A stretch of DNA of 64,000 nt from Escherichia coli. Its GTDB lineage: Bacteria; Pseudomonadota; Gammaproteobacteria; Enterobacterales; Enterobacteriaceae. The stretch is taken from the NCBI RefSeq assembly GCF_003334785.1, contig NZ_QOWV01000018.1. One strand, written 5' to 3'. Shown here piece after piece: positions 33,348-45,241 of this stretch. The notes under the pieces are model-generated. The model was given only the letters and a program-made list of their open reading frames with translations, did not search any database and had not been told where the DNA came from. Positions within the stretch are counted from its first letter, which is position 1; each line of letters starts with the position of its first letter. Made by a program: the position numbers and the translations under genes.

Positions 33348-34594
33348 GCCCGCCTACGCCAGAGTAAAAACACGCCACAACAAAGAGAAAAATAGACGAT
33401 ATAAGTTGCCATATATGCCTGCGCCGCGCCCAGTGCACCATGCGCAGGGATTAGCCAGTGGGCAAATACCATCAATAAAGTGAACTGGCTGACTTCCGCC
33501 AGAATATAAAACCGCAGTGACGCTTTGGCGATCACCAGATAACCAAAGACATAAGCGCCCACTTTTAACACATCACCCACTAACTGCCAGGCAAAGAGAT
33601 CGCGCATAGCGGTAAATTTATTCGACAACAGCAGCCAGATAGCAAAATCACGCAGCAGCCAGACGGTAAAACTCGCCGCCGCCACTGCCGGTAAGACGAA
33701 TTTCAGCGATTTAACCACTTCCCGGGTGATATCGCGCTTTTCCGTTAGCCGCGACAACGTGGGCAGCAAATATACGCTGAACGATGCCGTAATAAATTGC
33801 AGGTAGGCATCGGAAATACTGCTCACCCCTTGCCAGATCCCCACCTCATCCCAGCTATACTGCGCCGCCAGCAGTTTACGCATCATGATGTAAGCAACAG
33901 GCAAGGTCACCGACGTAATCAACGCCATGAGCGTAAATTTGCTCAACTGCCCTGCCAGACCGTTATCCCAGCTGGGTTTCAGATAGCTTAACGGGATGAC
34001 ACCACGTTTGATCAACATGATGGCGGCAGGAATTACCACCAGCGCGGGAATCAGCGCCAGACCCAGCAACGCCCCTTCATAACCGCCCAAACGGTAACTG
34101 ACGTAGTACGCGAGAACGCCAATCAAGCTGCCGACAATCAGCGATAACGCATTACCTGCGGCATCGCGAAAGCCTTTCATCAGCGCCAGTAACAGGTTGC
34201 CCCAGGCGATCCCCATTTGCACCAGCGCCACTAAACGCACCAGCCCCTGATAGTCGGTATTACCAAACAATCCCTGGCTGATTGGCGCAGCTGCCAGCAC
34301 AAAAACCAGCGCCATCAGCGTAGAGAAACCAAGTACCATCGCTGATGAAGTGCCGACCACGCGGCGCAGCTGTTGCGGATTATCATGGTACTGGGCAACG
34401 TATTTGGTTACACCGTTAAAGATGCCAGCCCCGGCAAGCACGCCGAGCACGGTAATCAACTGGCGGAAATTTGCCGCCAGCCCAAGCCCCGCCGGACCAA
34501 ATGACACCGCCAGCAACTTACCGACCAGTAACCCGGCACCAATCTTGACCAGTGTACTGGCCGCCGTCCACAAGGACGCTTTTGCCAACGACAT
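33344..34594 (-). CDS. wzxE: ECA lipid III flippase (Wzx family)
   Basis: 416 aa polytopic membrane ORF. Confidence 0.92.
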   Translation of the reverse strand: MSLAKASLWTAASTLVKIGAGLLVGKLLAVSFGPAGLGLAANFRQLITVLGVLAGAGIFNGVTKYVAQYHDNPQQLRRVVGTSSAMVLGFSTLMALVFVLAAAPISQGLFGNTDYQGLVRLVALVQMGIAWGNLLLALMKGFRDAAGNALSLIVGSLIGVLAYYVSYRLGGYEGALLGLALIPALVVIPAAIMLIKRGVIPLSYLKPSWDNGLAGQLSKFTLMALITSVTLPVAYIMMRKLLAAQYSWDEVGIWQGVSSISDAYLQFITASFSVYLLPTLSRLTEKRDITREVVKSLKFVLPAVAAASFTVWLLRDFAIWLLLSNKFTAMRDLFAWQLVGDVLKVGAYVFGYLVIAKASLRFYILAEVSQFTLLMVFAHWLIPAHGALGAAQAYMATYIVYFSLCCGVFLLWRRRA

Positions 34595-34595
34595 A

Positions 34596-35726
34596 TCAGG
34601 AAAAGTAGTTCAACAAAGTCGCAATTACCGTACGCTGATTGACGGGCGACAGGTTGTAGAACAGCGGCAGGCGCAGCAGGCGCTCGCTCTCTTTGGTGGT
34701 GTAGCGATCTTCACCGTGGAACTCACCAAAGTGTTCCCCCGCAGGGCAACCGTGCAGCGGAATGTAATGAAACACCGCCATGATTTCCGCTTCTTTCAGA
34801 AAGTTAATCAACGCGCTCCGGTCATCAATATCCCGCAGTTTAATGTAGAACATATGCGCGTTCTGCACGCAGCCATCGGGAATCGACGGCAGCTCGATAC
34901 GCCCGGCTTTCGCCAGAGGCGCTAACGCATCGTAGTAGTTTTGCCACAGCGCCAGACGTTGCTGGTTGATACGATCCGCTGCTTCCAGTTGCGCCCACAG
35001 GTATGCAGCTTGCAGATCGGACATCAAATAGCTGGAGCCAATATCGCGCCAGGTATATTTATCGACCTGACCACGGAAGAACTGGCTGCGGTTAGTGCCC
35101 TTTTCACGGATGATCTCGGCTCGTTCGATTAACGCTTTATCGTTAATCAGCGTCGCGCCGCCTTCACCGCCCGCCGTGTAGTTTTTGGTTTCATGGAAGC
35201 TAAAGCAGCCAATATGACCAATGGTTCCCAGTGCACGCCCTTTGTAAGTGGACATCACGCCCTGAGCGGCATCTTCTACCACAAACAAATTATGCTTTTT
35301 CGCCAACGCCATAATGGTGTCCATTTCGCAGGCCACACCCGCGTAATGGACCGGCACGATAACGCGCGTTTTGTCGGTGATCGCCGCTTCAATCAGCGTT
35401 TCGTCGATGTTCATGGTGTCCGGGCGAACATCCACAAAAACGATTTTTGCGCCACGCAGCACAAAGGCATTGGCGGTGGAGACAAAGGTGTAGCTCGGCA
35501 TGATCACTTCATCGCCAGGCTGGATATCGAGCAGCAGCGCCGCCATCTCCAGCGAAGCGGTGCAGGACGGCGTCAGTAACACTTTGGCGCTGCCAAAACG
35601 TTGCTCCAGCCACTGCTGGCAGCGACGGGTAAAACCGCCATCGCCACACAGTTTGCCGCTACCCATTGCCGACTGCATATAGTCGAGTTCGGTTCCCACC
35701 ACCGGCGGTGCGTTAAATGGAATCAT
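34596..35726 (-). CDS. wecE: dTDP-4-amino-4,6-dideoxygalactose transaminase (DegT/DnrJ/EryC1 family)
   Basis: 376 aa ORF with PLP-dependent aminotransferase features. Confidence 0.93.
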   Translation of the reverse strand: MIPFNAPPVVGTELDYMQSAMGSGKLCGDGGFTRRCQQWLEQRFGSAKVLLTPSCTASLEMAALLLDIQPGDEVIMPSYTFVSTANAFVLRGAKIVFVDVRPDTMNIDETLIEAAITDKTRVIVPVHYAGVACEMDTIMALAKKHNLFVVEDAAQGVMSTYKGRALGTIGHIGCFSFHETKNYTAGGEGGATLINDKALIERAEIIREKGTNRSQFFRGQVDKYTWRDIGSSYLMSDLQAAYLWAQLEAADRINQQRLALWQNYYDALAPLAKAGRIELPSIPDGCVQNAHMFYIKLRDIDDRSALINFLKEAEIMAVFHYIPLHGCPAGEHFGEFHGEDRYTTKESERLLRLPLFYNLSPVNQRTVIATLLNYFS

Positions 35727-35730
35727 GTGA

Positions 35731-36405
35731 TCACCTGTATAACCAGTACGCGGTGCTTTCTACATTCGCACCACTTTGTATGTATCGTTTAAGCGCGGCG
35801 GTGTTGCCCATTTGGGTCGCCACCCGCAAAGTTGTTTTACCGCGAGCATACGCCCAGTTTAGCGCCGTTTGCATCAGCTCAGCACCTGCACCGCGTCCAG
35901 CCAGCAGGCCAATTCGCGCATCTGTCGCATTGAGTTCCCGTAAAGAGACATAGCCGCGAATATCGCCGGACGCCGCACGTAAAATCAGACATTGATGATC
36001 AAAGGTGCCGCGCACGGCATTTTCAATCCACTGTGCATAAAAGCGACTGCTGGCGTCAGGCGCATACCACGGCGCACGAAAACGGCTTTGCGCAAATGCG
36101 GCGCTGGCTAACTGACGTAATGCGGGAATATCGGTCTCTTGTGCCACTACAGCACCGCTATCACTGGCATTGTTCACGGGTAGCGCCAAATCAACTTCAC
36201 CTTCTACCAGGGAGAATCCCAGCTGTTGCAGGGCATCCAGTTCACCCGTATTTGATGCCGCAATTTTGGCCTGCACCCGTGACCACGGCGCTAACGCGTC
36301 TGGCGTCAGGAGCGGTGCTTCAGACGTAATGCGCACGATGGCGCTGTTAACACCAAAGAAGGCGTTTTCCCAGGTTAGTGGCTCAATACTGGCGCGGACG
36401 GGCAC
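35731..36405 (-). CDS. wecD: dTDP-fucosamine acetyltransferase (GNAT family)
   Basis: 224 aa ORF; 5' end overlaps the 3' end of rffH by 23 nt. Confidence 0.88.
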
Positions 36406-37264
36406 GAAGTAACTCCTGCAGATATTGGCCGTAGCCAGTTTTCGCTAATGAACTGGCAGCACGCTTCACACCCTCGTCATCGAGCCAGCCGTTACGCCAG
36501 GCAATCTCTTCCAGGCAGGCAATCTTAAAGCCCTGGCGTTTTTCCACCGTCTGTACAAAGGTGCTGGCTTCAATCAGGCTGTCGTGAGTGCCGGTATCCA
36601 GCCAGGCAAATCCGCGCCCGAGCAGTTCAACGGTCAGGTTGCCCGCCTCGAGGTACATCTGGTTGATGGAGGTAATCTCCAGTTCACCACGCTCCGACGG
36701 CTTCACCTGCTTTGCGTACTCCACGACTTTACTGTCGTAGAAATAAAGCCCGGTCACCGCCCAGTTTGACTTCGGCTGTTTTGGCTTTTCTTCCAGCGAG
36801 ATAGCGCGGAAATTGTCGTCAAACTCCACCACGCCAAAGCGTTCCGGGTCCATCACCTGATAGCCAAAAACCGTCGCCCCTTCGGTGCGCGCCGCAACAT
36901 GACGCAGCTTCGGACTGAAGCCCTGACCGAAGAAGATGTTATCGCCCAGCACCAGACAAGAAGGTTCACCATTAAGGAAGGTTTCACCGATGATAAAGGC
37001 CTGCGCCAGACCGTCCGGGCTGGGCTGTTCGGCATATTCCAGCTGGATACCGAACTCACTACCATCGCCCAGCAGGCGCTGGAAATAACCTTTATCTTCC
37101 GGCGTAGTGATGATGAGAATTTCGCGGATACCGGCCAGCATCAGCACCGACAGCGGATAGTAAATCATTGGCTTATCGTAAATCGGCAACAGTTGCTTCG
37201 ATACGCCGCGCGTAATCGGATGCAATCGGGTGCCGGAACCGCCCGCCAGGATAATACCTTTCAT
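36383..37264 (-). CDS. rffH: glucose-1-phosphate thymidylyltransferase
   Basis: 293 aa ORF with N-terminal GGSGTRL nucleotidyltransferase motif. Confidence 0.95.
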
Positions 37265-37282
37265 GTTTGCCTCCGCTGAAAA

Positions 37283-38350
37283 TTAGCCTTTCAGACCTAA
37301 ACGCTCGCCCTGATAGCTGCCGTCCTGCACCTGCTTCCACCAGCTTTCATTAGCCAGATACCACTGAACCGTTTTACGCATTCCACTTTCAAAGGTTTCC
37401 TGCGGCAGCCAGCCAAGTTCACGGGCAATTTTCGAAGCATCAATGGCATAACGCAGATCATGCCCCGGACGGTCAGCGACAAAGGTGATCAGGTCACGAT
37501 AGTGCGCCACGCCGTGCGGCTTGTTCGGAGCCAGTTCTTCCAGCAGCTCGCAAATGGTTTCCACAACATCGAGATTCTTACGCTCGTTGTGACCACCAAT
37601 ATTATAGGTTTCACCGACTTTCCCGGTGGTCGCCACGCAATACAGCGCGCGGGCGTGATCTTCCACATACAGCCAGTCACGGATTTGCTGCCCGTTGCCA
37701 TATACCGGCAGCGATTTACCCGCCAGCGCGTTGAGGATCATCAGCGGGATCAGTTTTTCCGGAAAGTGGTAAGGGCCGTAGTTATTCGAGCAGTTGGTGA
37801 TAAGCGTCGGCAGACCATAGGTCCGCAGCCAGGCGCGCACCAGATGGTCGCTGCTGGCTTTTGACGCGGAATAAGGGCTGCTCGGCGCATACGGCGTGGT
37901 TTCGGTGAAGAAATCATCCGTCGAGTGCAGGTCACCATATACTTCGTCAGTGGAGATATGATGAAAACGGAACGCTGATTTTTTATCTTCCGTCAGCGCA
38001 TTCCAGTAAGCCCGCGCCGCTTCAAGCAATGTATAAGTCCCGACAATGTTGGTTTCAATAAACGCTGCCGGGCCGTCAATAGAACGGTCAACATGGCTTT
38101 CGGCTGCCAGATGCATGACACAGTCTGGCTGATGCTCAGTGAATACGCGTGCCAGTTCTGCCCGATCGCAGATATCAACTTTCTCAAAGGCAAAGCGCTC
38201 GCTTTGCGCGACCGGTGCCAGCGACATCAGGTTTCCGGCGTAGGTCAGCTTATCGACCACTACCACCGCGTCGCTCGTTTCGTTGATGATATAACGCACC
38301 AGCGCCGAGCCAATAAACCCGGCACCACCTGTTATCAGAATTTTTCTCAT
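37283..38350 (-). CDS. rffG: dTDP-glucose 4,6-dehydratase
   Basis: 355 aa ORF with Rossmann GGAGFIGS and SDR YxxxK (YSASK) motifs. Confidence 0.95.
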
Positions 38351-39612
38351 CAGCGCCAGACTCCTTTAGCATCGACGACATACTGCTGATGGACATTGTC
38401 GCCATTGATAACTTTGAACTGACTATGATCGACCAGCATCACCAGCACGTCTGCCGTTGCCAGCGCCTCGTCAAGCTGCGCCAGAGTACAAAGCCCGGTC
38501 AGTTTTTTCGGCAACTGGTGGATGTTAGGCTCAACAACCAGAGTTTCGCCGCTATGCCACTGGGCGATCAGTTCAGCGATTTCCATCGCCGGGCTTTCGC
38601 GCAGGTCATCAATATTCGGTTTAAACGCCAGACCAAAGCAGGCGATTTTCAGTTCACTGGCGCGTTTATCGGTAGCCGCCAGGCAATCAGCCACCGCCGC
38701 TTTCACCTGATCGATAACCCAGAACGGTTTGTGATCGTTCACTTCGCGCGCGGTACGGATAAGCCGCGCCTGCTGGGGGTTCTGTGCCACGATAAACCAC
38801 GGATCAACAGCAATGCAGTGACCGCCCACGCCAGGGCCAGGCTGAAGAATATTAACGCGAGGGTGACGATTCGCCAGGCGAATCAGTTCCCAGACGTTAA
38901 TCCCCTGATCGGCACAAATCAGCGACAATTCATTAGCAAAAGCGATATTCACATCGCGGAAGCTGTTTTCGGTGAGCTTACACATTTCCGCCGTCCGCGA
39001 GTTAGTGACGACACACTCACCTTCGAGGAAAATTTTGTACAGTTCGCTGGCGCGGGCCGAACAAACCGGCGTCATACCACCAATCACGCGATCGTTTTTA
39101 ATCAGCTCGACCATTACCTGTCCTGGTAACACGCGTTCCGGGCAGTAAGCAATGTTGACGTCCGCCTGCTCGCCCACCTGCTGCGGGAAAGTGAGATCCG
39201 GACGCATCTCTGCTAACCATTCTGCCATCTTCTCGGTTGACCCCACCGGCGAGGTGGATTCAAGGATCACCAGCGCGCCTTTTTTCAGCACTGGCGCAAT
39301 GGAGCGAGCAGCCGATTCAACGTAGGTCATATCTGGCTCATGATCGCCCTTAAACGGCGTGGGTACAGCAATCAGCCAGGCATCCGCTTCAACTGGCGTC
39401 GTGCTCGCTCGTAAAAAACCGCCTTCTACGGCAGTTTTTACTACACTCGCCAAATCAGGTTCGACGATATGGATTTCGCCACGATTGATGGTATCAACCG
39501 CATGTTGGTTGATATCGACACCAATTACCTGTTTTTGCCGTGAGGCAAACGCTGCTGCCGTTGGCAGCCCGATATAACCCAGTCCGATAACAGAAATGGT
39601 CGCAAAACTCAT
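38350..39612 (-). CDS. wecC: UDP-N-acetyl-D-mannosamine dehydrogenase
   Basis: 420 aa ORF with N-terminal GLGYIG NAD-binding motif. Confidence 0.95.
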
Positions 39613-40739
39613 AGTGATATCCGATTATTTTTTAACGCTTCCAGAATGCGAGAGCATGCCTGACCATCACCATACGGGTTATGGGCGCGGCTCATAGCTT
39701 GATATTCGTTTTCGTCTTTTAAAAGACGCGTCACTTCCTCGACAATTCGCTGCTTATCCGTGCCTACCAGACGCACCGTACCCGCCGTCACCGCTTCCGG
39801 ACGCTCAGTGGTATCGCGCATCACCAGCACAGGTTTCCCCAGCGAAGGCGCTTCTTCCTGAATGCCGCCTGAGTCGGTCAAAATCAGCCAGGCGTGGTTC
39901 ATCAGCCAGACAAACGGTAAATACTCCTGGGGATCGATCAGAATGACATTTTTCACATGCCCCAGAATGCGATTGACCGGCTCTCTGACGTTCGGGTTGA
40001 GATGCACCGGATAGACAATCTGGATGTCCTGGTGCGTGGTGGCGATGTCTGCCAGCGCGTGGCAGATTTCTTCAAAGCCACGACCGAAACTCTCACGCCT
40101 GTGACCGGTCACCAGAATCATCTTTTTATCGGGGTCGATAAACGGGTAATTTGCCGCCAGTTCTGAACGCAGCTTGTCGCTGCTCATCACCTGGTCACGC
40201 ACCCATAACAGTGCATCAATGACTGTATTACCGGTAATGAAGATTCGGCTATCCGCAACGTTTTCACGCAGCAAGTTTTGCCGGGAAGTTTCGGTTGGAG
40301 AGAAGTGATACATCGCCAGATGCCCGGTCAATGTACGGTTAGCCTCTTCCGGCCACGGCGAATAGAGATCGCCCGTGCGCAGACCAGCCTCAACGTGACC
40401 AACAGGAATACGCTGATAAAACGCCGCCAGGCTGGTTGCCAGCGTCGTCGTCGTATCGCCGTGAACCAGCACGACGTCTGGTTTGAACTCGGCAAGAATA
40501 GGTTTTAGCCCTTCCAGAATCCGACAGGTTATCTCTGTCAGGCCCTGTCCTGGCTGCATTATGTTGAGATCGTAGTCAGGTACAATGGAAAAGAGTTTCA
40601 GCACCTGATCGAGCATCTCCCGATGCTGCGCAGTGACGCAAACTTTAGCCTCAAAAAAAGGATCTTTTGCCAACGCATGCACCAACGGCGCCATCTTGAT
40701 GGCTTCCGGGCGCGTACCAAATACAGTCAGTACTTTCAC
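39609..40739 (-). CDS. wecB: UDP-N-acetylglucosamine 2-epimerase
   Basis: Track ORF 390 aa from upstream ATG; canonical GTG start (cac at 40737-40739) gives 376 aa beginning (M)[17 protein letters not shown]. Confidence 0.93.
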   Translation of the reverse strand: MKVLTVFGTRPEAIKMAPLVHALAKDPFFEAKVCVTAQHREMLDQVLKLFSIVPDYDLNIMQPGQGLTEITCRILEGLKPILAEFKPDVVLVHGDTTTTLATSLAAFYQRIPVGHVEAGLRTGDLYSPWPEEANRTLTGHLAMYHFSPTETSRQNLLRENVADSRIFITGNTVIDALLWVRDQVMSSDKLRSELAANYPFIDPDKKMILVTGHRRESFGRGFEEICHALADIATTHQDIQIVYPVHLNPNVREPVNRILGHVKNVILIDPQEYLPFVWLMNHAWLILTDSGGIQEEAPSLGKPVLVMRDTTERPEAVTAGTVRLVGTDKQRIVEEVTRLLKDENEYQAMSRAHNPYGDGQACSRILEALKNNRISL

Positions 40740-40794
40740 ATCGATTCTCTTCGAATAAGCGGCGAGCGCCTTTGCGCTCACCGCAGCAGTGTTG

Positions 40795-41841
40795 CTATTT
40801 CGAGCAACGGCGGGTTAATGCGACACCAGCCCCGATCAGCCCCCCGACAATGCCCCACATAATCATCAGGAAGGCACGACGTGGGCTATCGCGTTTTACC
40901 GGTTCTTCCGGCGTACGCAAATAGCGATAGGTCTGAAAACGCGGATCCAGGGTTGGACCAACATTCAGGGTGTTTAACATGGCCCGATTCTGATCATAGT
41001 CGAGATCAAAGGCCGGACCGACGGCCTGTAAATTTTCCAGTCGAGCCTGAAGCATTGGACGCCCAAGCAGGAACATTTCTGAATCAGGTAATTCCTCGGC
41101 AGGTACATCTGTCGCACTGCGCGAAATATTATGCTGCTCAGCAATTTTCAGCGCCTGCTCAATGCTGTTCATCCGGCGGTCGTAGATGGCTTTCGCCACC
41201 TCTTCCTGACGCTTCACCTGAGCTTTCATCTGGATGGTACGCGCCGCCCATGCGCCTTTCAGCTCATCATTCAGATGGCTGGCTGCACGCTGGCTGGCAA
41301 AAGCAACATACTGACGTAACAGGTTATTAGCGTCAGGCGCGGTTTCGGCAATAAGCTTCACGCTGTCATTGACCGCGCGGGTAAAGTCTCCGGGGATAAA
41401 CTGGATGTTGTTAATCATTTCATCCAGCAACGCCGCATCGGCTTTGCTGTTGCCCACCATCCGCTGTTTGTAATAGTCGGTTTGCAGCCAGAACTCTCTG
41501 CGGGTATCCCACGAGGCCAGTTGCATAACAAACTCTTTATAGGCTTCGTCCATGACCGATGGTTGGTCGGCAGAAGCCATGTTTGAACGGACATCCAGGT
41601 TACGCAAAAATTGCTGCTGCGAGTAATATCCCCCCAGCATATTCACCGTTGGACGATCGGTAATCGCCGTCGAGCTCCACTCCTGACGAGCAAAAAACGT
41701 ATACGCCAGCGCGATTAACGCAAACGCCAGCCCCATGCCAATAATCCATAGCTTCCCAGCCCACAAGGTACGAAACAACCCACGAATATCCAGTTCATTT
41801 TCAGCGTCTTCGGCCGGTTTCCCAGGCATTGGTTGTGTCAT
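40795..41841 (-). CDS. wzzE: ECA polysaccharide chain-length modulation protein
   Basis: About 348 aa with N- and C-terminal TM segments flanking a periplasmic coiled-coil domain. Confidence 0.92.
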   Translation of the reverse strand: MTQPMPGKPAEDAENELDIRGLFRTLWAGKLWIIGMGLAFALIALAYTFFARQEWSSTAITDRPTVNMLGGYYSQQQFLRNLDVRSNMASADQPSVMDEAYKEFVMQLASWDTRREFWLQTDYYKQRMVGNSKADAALLDEMINNIQFIPGDFTRAVNDSVKLIAETAPDANNLLRQYVAFASQRAASHLNDELKGAWAARTIQMKAQVKRQEEVAKAIYDRRMNSIEQALKIAEQHNISRSATDVPAEELPDSEMFLLGRPMLQARLENLQAVGPAFDLDYDQNRAMLNTLNVGPTLDPRFQTYRYLRTPEEPVKRDSPRRAFLMIMWGIVGGLIGAGVALTRRCSK

Positions 41842-41852
41842 CACATCCTCAT

Positions 41853-42956
41853 TTATTTGGTTAAATTGGGGCTGCCACCACGATTTCTACGCAGTCTGCG
41901 TTTTACGCGCTTAATAAAGCGAGCAACTTTCCAGGCACGCTTAATGCAATATCCATAGAGGAAGAATGCTAGCAAAAAGAGCACCAGCATGACCCACTCC
42001 GGGACAAAATGAGAATATTCTGCCAGCACGCCAATGGAAGCGAGCAGTGCTGCGGCAAGGGTAATCAGCACAAACGCCTGACGGGAAGTAAACCCGGCAC
42101 GCATGATCAAATGGTGAATATGCTGACGGTCAGGAGAGAATGGGCTCATGCCTTTACGCAGGCGACGGTACATAATCGCCACCATATCCATTAGCGGAAT
42201 GGCGATTATCCACAAAGCGGTAACCGGGCTGATGGGATGGGTTTTGCCCTGGGTCGTTTCGAGCAGGATCCAGATAACGGTAAAACCAATCAGCGTACTG
42301 CCCGCATCACCCATAAAGACTTTGTAGCGGCGACCCAGGATACCAAGGTTAAGCATGATGTATGGCAGGATGGCGGCGATCATCGCAAAGCACCAGATTG
42401 CGAGGCTGGTTTGCCCGTCGAACCACAAAATCATACCGATTGCTGCAAACGAGACGCAGGACAACCCGCCCAGCAAGCCATCAATGCCATCAACCATGTT
42501 GAACGCATTAATGGCCGCCCAGACGGCAAATAGCGTCAGGAAGTAACCAAACGGTCCGAGCACCATCTCCCAGGAGCCAAAGATATAACCCAGGCTACTG
42601 AGATAAAGCTTGCCGAACACCATCATAACAATGCCAACAGCGGCCTGTATGGTGGCACGGATTTTTACGCTGATATCAAAACGGTCATCCAGCGCGCCAA
42701 TGAAAACAAGCACACCGGCACAAGCGAGATAGAGAGATGCATGCGGAATATAGTAATCGACAATTCCGAACGTGAAGCAAATCCCTGCGTAAACCGAAAT
42801 CCCCCCAACGAGAGGTATCAATCCCTGGTGACGTTTGCGGAAGTTTGGTTTATCCACTAAACCGACTTTTTTTGCCACCTTACGGGCAAAAAACAGAAAC
42901 AGTGTCGTGAATAAAAAAATACTGATGAGATCAGTACTCACTGTCAGTAAATTCAC
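41853..42956 (-). CDS. wecA: UDP-GlcNAc:undecaprenyl-phosphate GlcNAc-1-phosphate transferase
   Basis: 367 aa polytopic membrane ORF; first gene of the cluster, directly downstream of rho. Confidence 0.95.
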   Translation of the reverse strand: MNLLTVSTDLISIFLFTTLFLFFARKVAKKVGLVDKPNFRKRHQGLIPLVGGISVYAGICFTFGIVDYYIPHASLYLACAGVLVFIGALDDRFDISVKIRATIQAAVGIVMMVFGKLYLSSLGYIFGSWEMVLGPFGYFLTLFAVWAAINAFNMVDGIDGLLGGLSCVSFAAIGMILWFDGQTSLAIWCFAMIAAILPYIMLNLGILGRRYKVFMGDAGSTLIGFTVIWILLETTQGKTHPISPVTALWIIAIPLMDMVAIMYRRLRKGMSPFSPDRQHIHHLIMRAGFTSRQAFVLITLAAALLASIGVLAEYSHFVPEWVMLVLFLLAFFLYGYCIKRAWKVARFIKRVKRRLRRNRGGSPNLTK

Positions 42957-43152
42957 AATGCATGCTCTCAGAGAAAATTATTAGCAGAAGTATAACCACG
43001 AAGACCTTTATTCAGAAGGGAAAGTCCGTTCCAAACCCACCAGTCCTGTGCAAAAATTAACCATTTGATATGCAAATTGCATAACATGCCAGCAAATTCC
43101 AGGAATTTTCCTAACATCGCCAGCGCGGCATTAAGATTACAGATATAAAAGC

Positions 43153-43181
43153 AAAACGCCACGTAAACACGTGGCGTTTTT
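43153..43181. terminator. Hairpin downstream of rho (rho terminator, possibly bidirectional)
   Basis: aacgccacgt ... acgtggcgtt with T-rich flanks on both strands, 15 bp after the rho stop. Confidence 0.6.
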
Positions 43182-43195
43182 GGCATAAGACAAAT

Positions 43196-44455
43196 TTATG
43201 AGCGTTTCATCATTTCGAAGAAATCGTCATTGGTCTTGGTCATTGCCAGTTTATTAATGAGGAATTCCATTGCATCGATTTCGCCCATCGGGTGAATGAT
43301 TTTGCGCAGGATCCACATTTTCTGCAGTTCTTCCTGAGTCGTGAGCAGCTCTTCTTTACGGGTACCAGAACGGTTGTAGTCGATAGCCGGGAAGACGCGT
43401 TTTTCAGCGATCTTACGAGAGAGGTGCAGTTCCATGTTGCCTGTACCTTTAAACTCTTCGTAGATAACTTCGTCCATTTTAGAACCGGTATCGATAAGCG
43501 CCGTCGCGATAATGGTCAGGCTGCCGCCCTCTTCCACGTTACGCGCCGCACCAAAGAAGCGTTTCGGACGATGCAGGGCGTTGGCATCCACACCACCGGT
43601 CAACACTTTACCTGACGCCGGAACAACGGTGTTGTAAGCGCGCGCCAGACGAGTGATGGAGTCGAGCAGAATGATAACGTCTTTCTTGTGCTCAACCAGG
43701 CGTTTGGCCTTCTCGATCACCATTTCCGCAACCTGAACGTGGCGAGATGCGGGTTCGTCAAAGGTAGAAGCAACAACTTCACCTTTTACCAGACGCTGCA
43801 TCTCGGTTACTTCTTCCGGACGTTCGTCGATCAGCAGAACCATCAGCACACAATCCGGGTGGTTGTAAGCAATGCTCTGAGCAATGTTCTGCAGCAGCAT
43901 GGTTTTACCGGCTTTCGGCGGTGCCACAATCAGACCACGCTGACCACGACCGATAGGTGATGCCAGATCCAGTACGCGAGCAGTTAAATCTTCAGTAGAA
44001 CCGTTACCACGTTCCATACGCAGACGAGAGTTTGCGTGCAGCGGGGTTAAGTTCTCAAAGAGGATTTTGTTGCGGGCGTTTTCAGGTTTGTCGAAGTTAA
44101 CTTCGTTAACTTTCAGCAGCGCAAAATAGCGTTCACCTTCTTTCGGCGGGCGAATCTTACCAGAGATGGTATCACCAGTGCGGAGGTTGAAACGGCGGAT
44201 TTGGCTAGGGGAAACGTAGATGTCATCAGGACCGGCGAGGTAGGAGCTGTCTGCGGAACGGAGGAAACCAAATCCATCCTGCAATATCTCCAGTACGCCA
44301 TCACCAAAGATATCTTCGCCACTCTTTGCGTGCTGCTTCAGGATGGCAAAAATAATGTCCTGCTTACGCATACGAGCCAGGTTTTCCAGCCCCATATTTT
44401 CGCCGAGAGTGATCAGCTCAGAAACCGGCGTATTCTTTAATTCGGTAAGATTCAT
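43196..44455 (-). CDS. rho: transcription termination factor Rho
   Basis: Canonical start [19 protein letters not shown] (Met 25 of track ORF) gives 419 aa; Walker A APPKAGKT. Confidence 0.97.
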
Positions 44456-44539
44456 AGTGGTGTGAGTTCTTAAACTTGGGGTAAATCTCGAACTTAATGT
44501 TGTGAATGGTATGGCAGGATCATCCATGCCTGTTTACGG

Positions 44540-44641
44540 TCATCGACTCATGTCTTTTCGCTGCCTGGTCACAGGAGAGTACGCAGAACTGAAACGACAA
44601 GACGGATTGAGTGACGAGCCAGAAATCTGTTCACTTCGCAT
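44540..44641 (-). CDS. rhoL: rho operon leader peptide
   Basis: Reverse complement translates MRSEQISGSSLNPSCRFSSAYSPVTRQRKDMSR (33 aa) in the long rho 5' leader; below the ORF-track length cutoff. Confidence 0.75.
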   Translation of the reverse strand: MRSEQISGSSLNPSCRFSSAYSPVTRQRKDMSR

Positions 44642-44781
44642 TTAAGATAAAACGGGAAGCGTTGGAAATTACAAGATTCAAACTTAATAAGGTATGTTTA
44701 ATACGAAGTCAACACTAAGTTAGCATGACTCACGCCGGGCGTCCAGTTTTTAGCGACGGGGCACCCGAACATGAAATTCCC

Positions 44782-45111
44782 TTACGCCAGGTTAGCGTCG
44801 AGGAACTCTTTCAACTGACCTTTAGACAGTGCACCCACTTTGGTTGCCGCCACTTCACCGTTTTTGAACAGCAGCAGAGTCGGGATACCACGGATGCCAT
44901 ATTTCGGCGCAGTGCCAGGGTTTTGATCGATGTTCAGTTTTGCAACGGTCAGTTTGCCCTGATATTCGTCAGCGATTTCATCCAGAATCGGGGCGATCAT
45001 TTTGCACGGACCGCACCACTCTGCCCAGAAATCGACGAGGATCGCCCCGTCCGCTTTGAGTACATCCGTGTCAAAACTGTCGTCAGTCAGGTGAATAATT
45101 TTATCGCTCAT
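44782..45111 (-). CDS. trxA: thioredoxin 1
   Basis: Canonical start [13 protein letters not shown] (Met 36 of track ORF) gives 109 aa; active site WCGPC. Confidence 0.97.
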
Positions 45112-45241
45112 ATATAACTCCACAGGAATAAGCCTGGCGTGTTGGTTTCGTTGTTGGTGTAACATTAACCAACTAAAGGTTGACTTTATTTCACCGGATA
45201 CGCTTTCGTAAAGCAATAGTAAGCTGATATTCTACCACACT

